Shown here piece by piece: positions 57,132-64,000 of a stretch of DNA of 64,000 nt. Position numbers and translations under genes: made by a program. Source of the DNA: an uncultured Alphaproteobacteria bacterium (GTDB taxonomy: Bacteria > Pseudomonadota > Alphaproteobacteria > CADEGL01); assembly GCA_902826885.1 (NCBI GenBank), contig CADEGL010000008.1, forward strand, positions 10,819 to 74,818, written 5' to 3'. The notes beneath the pieces were generated by a model. The model was given only the letters and a program-made list of their open reading frames with translations. It did not search any database and was not told the DNA's origin. Within the stretch, counting starts at the first letter, position 1. Each line of letters starts with the position of its first letter.

Positions 57132-58141
57132 CAGGCGAAGTGGGGCATGACGCGGGTGGCGAATAGTTCGAGCGAACGCATCACGTCGCGGTGCGAGGCA
57201 CCGAAATTCATGTTGAGCATCAAATTGTCGATGCCCAGCGTCTCGTACCGCTCCAGCATCTCGATACAGCGGTCGGGCGTGCCGATGATGATGTTGTTGG
57301 CGATCTCCTCCTCCGTCACCGGAATATCGAGGAGCTTGATCTTGCCGCGATGGACTTCGCCGGGCGTGTTGAAGACGTTGGCGAACTGACGCTGCTTGGT
57401 CAGGCCAAAACCCACCTTCTCCTTCACGTCGGCCTCGCTCGCACCGACATAGGCGTTGCGCAGCATGGACATGCGCACGGGTTTCGCCGGATTCTTGGCC
57501 TTGGCCGCCGTGAAGGCGTCGGCCTGCATCTTGGCCGCGGCAAAGGGATCGCGCAGCGGCGTGGTCATCACCGGATAGCCGTTCTCGACCGCCCAGGAGA
57601 TGCTGGCCTCGTGCATGGCCGCGATCCAGATGGGCGGACACGGCTTCTGCACCGGCCGCGGCGTGATCGTGAGCGATTCGAACTTGTAGAACTTGCTGTC
57701 CCAGGAGACCTCTTCCTCGGTCAAGAGCTTGATCAGAAGCCGCAGGGAATCGTCGAAACGCTCGCGCGCCTCTTCCATGGGCACGCCGAAACGGTCGAAC
57801 TCGTAGCGGAAGGCGCCGCGCCCGACGCCGACCTGGATGCGCCCATCGGTCAGGCAGTCGGTCTGGGTGATCTCGCCCGCCAGCATCCGCATGTCGTGGA
57901 GCGGCAGGACCATCACCGCCGTGATGATCGGGATGCGCTTGGTGACCGAGGCCACCCGTACCGCCGTCAGCAGCGGATTAGGATGGACCAGCGTATTAAG
58001 AAAGTGATGCTCGGGAATGGCGAAGGCGGTGAAGCCCAGCTCCTCCGCGAACTTGGCCTCCTCCAGCATCTCCTGGTACAGGCGCTGGACCGGATAGCTC
58101 GTATCCGGCCAATAGCACGGAAGATAGAAACCGAAATCCAT
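57131..58141 (-). CDS. LLM-class flavin-dependent oxidoreductase (luciferase-like monooxygenase)
   Basis: MDFGFYLP..., AFAIPEHHF, a TIM-barrel LLM signature. Confidence 0.88.
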   Translation of the reverse strand: MDFGFYLPCYWPDTSYPVQRLYQEMLEEAKFAEELGFTAFAIPEHHFLNTLVHPNPLLTAVRVASVTKRIPIITAVMVLPLHDMRMLAGEITQTDCLTDGRIQVGVGRGAFRYEFDRFGVPMEEARERFDDSLRLLIKLLTEEEVSWDSKFYKFESLTITPRPVQKPCPPIWIAAMHEASISWAVENGYPVMTTPLRDPFAAAKMQADAFTAAKAKNPAKPVRMSMLRNAYVGASEADVKEKVGFGLTKQRQFANVFNTPGEVHRGKIKLLDIPVTEEEIANNIIIGTPDRCIEMLERYETLGIDNLMLNMNFGASHRDVMRSLELFATRVMPHFA

Positions 58142-58232
58142 CGCATTCCCCCTTCGCGAGGGCGCCAGCGTTGCACCGCGCGCGTTAGGATGTCTAATAT
58201 AAATAACGCGCCTTATTATTAATGATATTGAT

Positions 58233-59147
58233 ATGAATCAAAACTTCGACTGCAGCACACGCGACCTGCGCGCTTTCCTGGCCGTGGCGGAGGAGTTGCA
58301 TTTCGGCATGGCGGCGCGACGCATGGGAATCGCGCAGCCGCCCTTGAGCCAGCTCATCAAGCGCCTGGAGGAGAAGGTCGGCTGTCCGCTTTTCGTGCGG
58401 GACACGCGGAAGGTTCAATTGACGGAAGCGGGACGCGTCATGCTAGCCGGCGTCAAACACGCGCTCGACGGCATCGGCAAGACCGCGAGCGACGCCCACC
58501 GCGCGAGCCGCGGCGAGATGGGCACGTTGAGCGTGGGATTTCCCACGATCCTAGCCGTCACCCTGCTTCCGCAGATCGTGCGGGATTTCCGCAAAGCGAA
58601 CCCAGGGATCACGCTTCAACTGCTGGAGCTATCCAGCGTGGATCAGGTGGGGCGCCTGCGCGCCGGTTTTCTCGATCTGGCCTTCGTCAACGAACCGCCT
58701 AGCGATCCTGACCTCGAGACGGTTCCCGTCCTGGTCGAACCGTTCGTTTTGATTCTGCCCGCTGGCCACCGGCTGGCGCGCAGCAAGGAACCGGTCTCGA
58801 TCAAATCTGTCGCCGACGAGCCGTTCATCTTCTTCTCGCGGCCATCCGGCATCGCGATCCACGACCGCTTCATGGCCCTGTGCAAGACCGCCAGCTTCAC
58901 GCCTCACGTCGTACAGGAAAGCCATACGTGGAGCACGATCGTCGGCCTCGTCAGCTCGGGCCTGGGCGTTTCGGTCGCGCCCCTGTGCGTCAGCCAGTTG
59001 AGTCTCCGCGGCGTCGTCTATCGGCCGATCCGCCCGGCATCCTTCACGACCGTTACCGCCATGATGTGGCGGAAGAATGATCGCCGCCCGGCGCTGCAAC
59101 GATTCGCCGAGGCCGTGGCCCGGCGTAGGGTGCCGGCTCGCGCCTGA
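58233..59147 (+). CDS. LysR-family transcriptional regulator
   Basis: HTH FLAVAEELHFGMAARRMGIAQPPLSQLIKRLE. Divergent from the LLM/dipeptidase operon. Confidence 0.9.
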   Translation: MNQNFDCSTRDLRAFLAVAEELHFGMAARRMGIAQPPLSQLIKRLEEKVGCPLFVRDTRKVQLTEAGRVMLAGVKHALDGIGKTASDAHRASRGEMGTLSVGFPTILAVTLLPQIVRDFRKANPGITLQLLELSSVDQVGRLRAGFLDLAFVNEPPSDPDLETVPVLVEPFVLILPAGHRLARSKEPVSIKSVADEPFIFFSRPSGIAIHDRFMALCKTASFTPHVVQESHTWSTIVGLVSSGLGVSVAPLCVSQLSLRGVVYRPIRPASFTTVTAMMWRKNDRRPALQRFAEAVARRRVPARA

Positions 59148-59154
59148 AAGGCTC

Positions 59155-60102
59155 TTACAGGCTCGTCACCCCGCCGCCCACTCCGTGCCGCTTAAACACC
59201 TGCAACAGGTCGGCCAAGAGCGCGTCGCGCTTTTCCTGGATCTCCGCCATGCCGCGCCCACCCATCTGGCCTTCGCACTCCGCGATCAGCCGCATGCCCA
59301 GCTCCTCCGGCGACGTCCCTTCCGCCGCATCGGCAATGGCCTTGGGGAAATGCTTCACGAAGCCGCGCATGCCGGTCGGCCCGCCTGCCAGGTGATAGGT
59401 CATGAAGGTGCCCATGAAGGCCCAGCGCATACCGATGGAATGGACCAGCGCGTCGTCGATCTCCTTGGTGCCGGCGACACCCGTGGCGAAGCAATGCACG
59501 GCCTCCTTCCACAAGGCGGCCTGAAGCCGGTTGCCGATGAAGCCTTCGATCTCGCGCTCCAGCTTCAAGGGCTGCATGGAGATGGCGCGGTAGAACGCCA
59601 TGGTCGCGTCGACCGTCTGCGCCGTCGTGTTGGGCCCCGCCACCACTTCGACCAGCGGCATCAGATAGACCGGATGGAACGGATGCCCGACCAGGAACCG
59701 CTCCGGAATTTTGCATTTGGTTTGAAGCAGCGAGGGCACGAAGCGCGAGGTGGAGGACGAGATGATCGCGGTCTTGTGGACGATCGCGCCCAACGCGCCG
59801 AACAGGTCGATCTTCAGATCTTCGCGCTCGGGCGCGCATTCCTGGATGAAGTCGGCATCGGCAAGGGCGCCGAGATCAGTCGCGAAGCGCAATGCGCCCG
59901 GCTTCTTCGCGGCGTCGCCATAGGCCTTCGCCAGCAGAGGCCGCGCCCGCTCGACCGCGGCGCGCAAGCCGGCCTCGGCCGCCGGGTTCGAGTCTTGCGC
60001 GATGACATCGTAGCCATGGGCCAAACAACGCGCGGCCCAGCCGGAGCCGATCAGCCCCGCGCCGATGATCCCGATGGTTTTGATGGTTCCGGACACTGAC
60101 AT
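59155..60102 (-). CDS. L-carnitine dehydrogenase family protein (paralog of 17183-18142)
   Basis: IGIIGAGLIGSGWA, DADFIQECAPE, HPERFLVGHPFHPVYLMPLVEV, GMRWAFMG. Confidence 0.85.
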   Translation of the reverse strand: MSVSGTIKTIGIIGAGLIGSGWAARCLAHGYDVIAQDSNPAAEAGLRAAVERARPLLAKAYGDAAKKPGALRFATDLGALADADFIQECAPEREDLKIDLFGALGAIVHKTAIISSSTSRFVPSLLQTKCKIPERFLVGHPFHPVYLMPLVEVVAGPNTTAQTVDATMAFYRAISMQPLKLEREIEGFIGNRLQAALWKEAVHCFATGVAGTKEIDDALVHSIGMRWAFMGTFMTYHLAGGPTGMRGFVKHFPKAIADAAEGTSPEELGMRLIAECEGQMGGRGMAEIQEKRDALLADLLQVFKRHGVGGGVTSL

Positions 60103-60229
60103 CCCCCGCTCTGGATGAAATCCAAGGGGGAAAGCTTAGCGTCGATACGTGGCAGCCCCTAGCGCGGTTGACGGATGGCCTCCGAGGCCCGATATCTCGG
60201 GAACGCCCGACCCAAGGACACACTTATAT

Positions 60230-60910
60230 ATGAGCGAAGACCAGACCATGCCGCTTCAGGCGGTCGTCATTCCCGTGACACCGCTGCAGCAGAATTGCTC
60301 CCTCTTCTGGTGCACCAAGACCATGAAGGGCGCCTTCGTCGATCCGGGCGGGGAGATGGACAAGCTCCTGGCCGCGGCGAAGGACGAGAACGTTACGATC
60401 GAGCGCATCCTGGTGACGCACGGCCATTCCGACCATGCCGGCAACGTGGCCGCCATCGCGCGCGATTTGGGCGTGCCGGTGGAAGGACCGCACGAGGACG
60501 ATCTGTTCTGGATCGAGCGCATCCCGGATTCGGGTAAGCGCTATGGCATCGACCGGGCGGAGTCGTTCATTCCCGACCGCTGGCTGAAGAACGGCGATAC
60601 GGTGACGGTCGGCGCGCTGACGCTCGGCGTCCACCACTGCCCCGGCCACACGCCGGGCCATGTCGTGTTCCACCATCCGGAATCGAAGCTGGCTTTCGTC
60701 GGCGACGTGCTGTTCCAAGGCTCGATCGGCCGCTGCGACCTGCCGCGCGGCAATCAGCGCGACCTGCTGGTCTCGATCCGCGACCGGCTGTGGCCGCTCG
60801 GCTCCGACGTCACCTTCGTACCCGGCCACGGCCCGCTGTCCACCTTCGGCCACGAGCGGCGCAACAATCCGTTCGTCGCCGACCAAGTGCTGGCGCGGAT
60901 GGCGCTTTAA
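60230..60910 (+). CDS. MBL-fold hydrolase (hydroxyacylglutathione hydrolase GloB-like)
   Basis: THGHSDHAGN, HCPGHTPGH, ...VPGHGP... Confidence 0.85.
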   Translation: MSEDQTMPLQAVVIPVTPLQQNCSLFWCTKTMKGAFVDPGGEMDKLLAAAKDENVTIERILVTHGHSDHAGNVAAIARDLGVPVEGPHEDDLFWIERIPDSGKRYGIDRAESFIPDRWLKNGDTVTVGALTLGVHHCPGHTPGHVVFHHPESKLAFVGDVLFQGSIGRCDLPRGNQRDLLVSIRDRLWPLGSDVTFVPGHGPLSTFGHERRNNPFVADQVLARMAL

Positions 60911-60920
60911 CCGCGCAGGG

Positions 60921-62006
60921 CTATTTCACGTCGTGAAGCGGCGTGCCCAGGATAGGCAGTATTTCCAGGTTAGCGCCGTAGATTCGCCCTTGCGCCGCGG
61001 TCAAGGGACAGGCCGCCTTTGAAAAGCGCCGAGCCTTCTCCAGCAGCGGAAGGAAATTGCGCTCGACCTTGGACACGAACGCGTCGTATTCGTCCGCTTC
61101 GATAACTCGGTCCTTGCGCCAACCGGGCCAATCCGCGCCCCGTTGACGCGCCTTCGCGAACGCAGCCTTCATCTCCGTGACGGCCGCGTCGACCTCGCCG
61201 ATCTGAGCCGCATTCCAGGCCCAACCCAAGCGTGGCGCCAGGAATGCCAAGGGCTCCTTCTCGATGAAATCGTCGGTGTAAGCCTCGCGCCACCCTTCCA
61301 TGTGCATCCGAAAGTAGTCGGGATGGTCTCGGCAAGCGGGGGCGTAACCGCCGTCGCGCCAAACGAGGAATGTCTTGGGCGTGACGAAACACGCGCCGCA
61401 CTCTCCATAGTTGTAGAGATTGCCCATATCGGCGGCGAGCAGGAACAAAACCTTGTCGCTACCTGGCACGAAGCCAGCATTCGTGATGTTGCCGTAGCGC
61501 TTCGGCGTGATGTCCTTAGGTTTGTCGCCCAAGCGGATAATTCGCACGCCGTCGGCAACGATCAACGAGCCACCAGCCGCCACATCGATAAAAAGCGTCG
61601 CCACGCCGTCGCCGAAAACATCGTGCCCCGTCGGGACGATGAAGCTGATTCCACCGACGGAGAGCCCATAGACGAACACCGCGGCGGGGTCGGCGCTTTC
61701 ACGGTTTTGGATATGGTGAATCTCCAGAAAACTCGTGCCCGTTTCCGCCGCGCCCCAGGTGGTTACGAGATACGTCGGGCCGCTGGCGTTCCGAAAGAGG
61801 AGGTATTCCTTCAAGAAGCGCGGCGCCCGCGGTGCATAGAGCTTATTCAGCATTCGCGGCAGCCAATCCGGCTCCTTGCCGGCCGGATAGACCATAGGGC
61901 CGGGGGCCTTGTCATAGGCCCGGTTTCGAAACGGGTTTTCGTCGTCGGCAACGGCCGGCGTCGCCGCTGCCACAAGCAAGGCGAAGACCCAAACCAACGC
62001 TCTCAT
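60921..62006 (-). CDS. Secreted hypothetical protein with conserved Cys pairs (paralog A)
   Basis: Signal peptide MRALVWVFALLVAAATPAVA. CGACF, APACRD, CPLT. About 45% identical to 62149-63228. Confidence 0.6.
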   Translation of the reverse strand: MRALVWVFALLVAAATPAVADDENPFRNRAYDKAPGPMVYPAGKEPDWLPRMLNKLYAPRAPRFLKEYLLFRNASGPTYLVTTWGAAETGTSFLEIHHIQNRESADPAAVFVYGLSVGGISFIVPTGHDVFGDGVATLFIDVAAGGSLIVADGVRIIRLGDKPKDITPKRYGNITNAGFVPGSDKVLFLLAADMGNLYNYGECGACFVTPKTFLVWRDGGYAPACRDHPDYFRMHMEGWREAYTDDFIEKEPLAFLAPRLGWAWNAAQIGEVDAAVTEMKAAFAKARQRGADWPGWRKDRVIEADEYDAFVSKVERNFLPLLEKARRFSKAACPLTAAQGRIYGANLEILPILGTPLHDVK

Positions 62007-62028
62007 CGAAATCCCCGGTTTGGCGTGG

Positions 62029-62144
62029 TTGCTCAGTTCCGACGTCACCTTCGTGCGTGGCCATGGTCCGCCATCCACCTTCGGGCACGAGCGGTGCAGC
62101 AACCCATTCGTGGCCGGCGCGGTACTGGCGCGCATAGCGCTCTA
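62029..62144 (+). pseudogene. Relic of the 3' end of the MBL hydrolase gene, duplicated together with the paralog gene
   Basis: Aligned by eye, about 80% nucleotide identity to 60796-60910. It translates to ...SDVTFVRGHGPPSTFGHERCSNPFVAGAVLARIAL*, versus ...SDVTFVPGHGPLSTFGHERRNNPFVADQVLARMAL*. Confidence 0.6.
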
Positions 62145-62148
62145 GGCA

Positions 62149-63228
62149 TTAAGGCACATCGCGAGACGGCGACGGCGGTATCATCTGGAAAGGCTTTGAA
62201 GACCCCGAGAGCGCGCGCCCCGTCGTCAGCGGACATTGCGATTTTGCGTGACGCTGCGCTTCCTGCAGCAGGGGAAGAAACTCTTTTTCGTAGTTTGCAA
62301 GTTCTGCTTTGTATTCAGCGGAAGTCGGGGGAATCCGACCCTCCCAGATCGGCCAATTCGTTCTGCGCCGCCGCGCCTCGGCGATCGTGTCACGATAGAC
62401 CCGCATCGCCGTGGGAATGTCGCCGGCTTGGATCGCGTCCCAGATTCCACCCATCCGCCTAACCATAAAATTTTGAAGGCTGTAAGGCTCCTCGCCATCG
62501 CTTCGTTGCCAAAAGGATTTCATGGAGGCCCGATAGAACTCGGCATTGTCGCGGCAGGCCGGCGCGTAATGGCCATTACGCCATGCCAAGAGCATCTCTG
62601 GCATGATGTAACAGACCCCGCACGTGTCGTATGAAAACTTCTTATCAAGATCCTTGGTCAGCAAGATGAGCGTCTTGCCGTCGTTCGGAAAGGCGACTCG
62701 CGCCACATTGCCGAACTGCCCGGGCGTAATGTTCTTCGGCACATCGCCCAAGCGGATGATGAGAACGGTTTGATCGTCATCCGAAGAGCCACCGGGTGAG
62801 GCCAGCACGAACAGCACTGGGACCCCATCGCCAAAGATGTCATGCCCGGTCGGGACGACAACCCACACGATGTCGCCCCCATATCCCTCCAAATACTTCG
62901 CGCTCGGATTGCCGACTTTATTCTTCTCGATGCGGTGAATTTCTATGACGCTGTCGAAGTCATCTCCGTACCATTTCGTCACCAAATAGCTCGGGCCGCT
63001 ATCACCACGGAAAAGATAGTGCCGGTATAAACTGCGAGACATCCTTGCAGACTGAAGCTTATCCAGCATTGCTGGAAGCCATGCTGGCTCCTCTTCCGCG
63101 CGATACACCATGGGGCCGGGCAGTTCTTCGTATTCCCGGTTCCAATTGTTGTAATCGGTAAGATCGAAGGCAGCCGCGGGCGCCACCATGGCGGCCAGGA
63201 AGGCGAAAACCAGAAATACCGCTCTCAT
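62149..63228 (-). CDS. Secreted hypothetical protein with conserved Cys pairs (paralog B, lower GC)
   Basis: Signal peptide MRAVFLVFAFLAAMVAPAAA. CGVCY, APACRD, CPLT. The 5' leader ccggggatttccATG is duplicated from paralog A. Confidence 0.6.
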   Translation of the reverse strand: MRAVFLVFAFLAAMVAPAAAFDLTDYNNWNREYEELPGPMVYRAEEEPAWLPAMLDKLQSARMSRSLYRHYLFRGDSGPSYLVTKWYGDDFDSVIEIHRIEKNKVGNPSAKYLEGYGGDIVWVVVPTGHDIFGDGVPVLFVLASPGGSSDDDQTVLIIRLGDVPKNITPGQFGNVARVAFPNDGKTLILLTKDLDKKFSYDTCGVCYIMPEMLLAWRNGHYAPACRDNAEFYRASMKSFWQRSDGEEPYSLQNFMVRRMGGIWDAIQAGDIPTAMRVYRDTIAEARRRRTNWPIWEGRIPPTSAEYKAELANYEKEFLPLLQEAQRHAKSQCPLTTGRALSGSSKPFQMIPPSPSRDVP

Positions 63229-63351
63229 GGAAATCCCCGGACGCCATGTTCGGCCTTAACGTCCGAAGATTTTGGGGCGAGCCCAAGGCCCGCGACAATG
63301 GCGGGACAAAAAAAATTCCTTCCATGATTTCGCCACGATCCTGAGTTGGAC

Positions 63352-64000
63352 CTACCGGAACGCCTCGATGTGCTCCTTCTCATTTCCGTATGGCCCTTTG
63401 ATCCTCGCTTGGATCAGGGCATCCCGAAGCATCGCGCCATATCCCGCACGTTCGAGAGCTCGGATCGCGGCGATGGATTGAGGTCCGACGATCTGTCCCG
63501 CTTGATAGGTCTGCAACCCCAGCCGGGCCGCCTCGCCGTCTTTGCCGAGTTCCGTGATGACAGCACCGAGCGCCTTGCCGACCCTCTGCGCGCCGCCGGT
63601 TCGCCCTTCACGGAAGAGAACGTCCGCGACGGCCGCCGCGGTGTTCCAATCGCCAATCTCGTTCAGAGCCTCCATCCCTCCGGCCTCCTTCAGCGCGCCA
63701 TTGAGATAGCTGCGATACACGGCAGCCACCTGCGCATGGCCGAGGTCTTTTGGATCGTTCGGCAAGCCGGCTAACGCGCGATCCTCTTTTTTCAGATCGC
63801 GAAGCGTGCTCGACATAATACCCGCGAAAGCGCTGCTATCCGGGTTCTTCTTCATACCGCCCTCGGCCGCGAAGATACGGCCATAAACGTGGCGTTCGGT
63901 GTCCGTCACGCCAGGCAGGCGTGCAACAACATCGTTGAATCGTACCCAATGATCTCGTACGCCCGGTACATCCTTCTTTCCGGCAGGCGGCTCCGAAACC
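63352..64000 (-). CDS. Hypothetical protein, 5'-truncated by window end (weak resemblance to GH108/peptidoglycan-binding N-terminal motif)
   Basis: The frame stays open to position 64000, so the GTG at 63909 is not necessarily the start. ...EGGMKKNPDSSAFAGI... is loosely similar to EGGYVNDPDDPGGxTxxGI. Confidence 0.4.
   Translation of the reverse strand, partial: VSEPPAGKKDVPGVRDHWVRFNDVVARLPGVTDTERHVYGRIFAAEGGMKKNPDSSAFAGIMSSTLRDLKKEDRALAGLPNDPKDLGHAQVAAVYRSYLNGALKEAGGMEALNEIGDWNTAAAVADVLFREGRTGGAQRVGKALGAVITELGKDGEAARLGLQTYQAGQIVGPQSIAAIRALERAGYGAMLRDALIQARIKGPYGNEKEHIEAFR

Noticed and set aside
59077-60099. 340-aa plus-strand ORF
   Set aside because: It is antisense to the LcdH-like paralog.
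61143-62462. 439-aa plus-strand ORF
   Set aside because: It is antisense to the secreted paralog genes.
1-64000. Search for tRNA genes, rRNA genes, CRISPR repeats, integrase genes and IS elements
   Set aside because: No cloverleaf-compatible segments, no regularly spaced direct repeats and no transposase or integrase motifs were seen on either strand. By eye, short RNAs cannot be fully excluded.

Overview
This 64-kb window is high-GC (roughly 63-66%) and looks like a chromosomal segment of an alphaproteobacterium. Supporting features are a Cys-less L36 paralog, a GTA-type 3-TM holin, a BatA/DUF4159-type operon and LysR-rich divergent arrangements. It is densely coding, with about 65 genes. 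No rRNA, tRNA or CRISPR arrays were found. All functional calls come from motif and family recognition by eye, without database searches.

Content from start to end:
- 1-2,773: end of a membrane-protein operon.
- 3,197-4,609: a porin with a long leader.
- 5,087-9,189: two tandem TPR proteins, the second fused to a sulfotransferase domain, followed by a trypsin-like lipoprotein whose ATG overlaps the previous stop (ATGA).
- 9,196-12,403: two tandem paralogous outer-membrane beta-barrel proteins, about 500 aa each, downstream of a LysR regulator that is divergent from wrbA.
- 14,269-17,172: DoxX, a LigB-type dioxygenase and an MFS transporter.
- 17,183-20,296: a carnitine-catabolism-like operon with an interposed redoxin-fused 2OG oxygenase.
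- 20,387-20,821: two tandem PsiF-repeat small secreted proteins.
- 20,953-26,941: GMC oxidoreductase, HAD hydrolase, MBL hydrolase, crotonase and acyl-CoA ligase.
- 27,067-33,207: glcDEF with an upstream LysR regulator and a divergent TauD-family dioxygenase.
- 33,211-37,583: a nitric-oxide stress module (nnrS, a membrane protein, two NsrR-type operator palindromes, nsrR), a small secreted protein, and a stand-alone rpmJ.
- 38,499-48,837: a roughly 10-kb T7-like podovirus structural and lysis gene cluster. No portal, terminase, replication or integration genes lie within it or its immediate flanks. It is interrupted by a lower-GC insert.
- 49,142-51,459: SAM methyltransferase, cytochrome b561 and a LOG-family protein.
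- 52,088-54,223: a dCache-PAS histidine kinase heading a three-gene operon.
- 54,284-60,910: a transporter with a C-terminal soluble extension, an M19 dipeptidase/LLM monooxygenase operon with a LysR regulator, a second carnitine-dehydrogenase-like paralog, and a GloB-like MBL hydrolase.
- 60,921-63,228: a tandem segmental duplication of a secreted cysteine-containing protein gene that carries along a relic of the MBL hydrolase 3' end.
- 63,352-64,000: a gene truncated by the window edge.

The most interesting observations are the orphan podovirus-like module, the diverged tandem duplication with a conserved gene relic, the NsrR operator pair, and the unusual oxygenase in the carnitine cluster.
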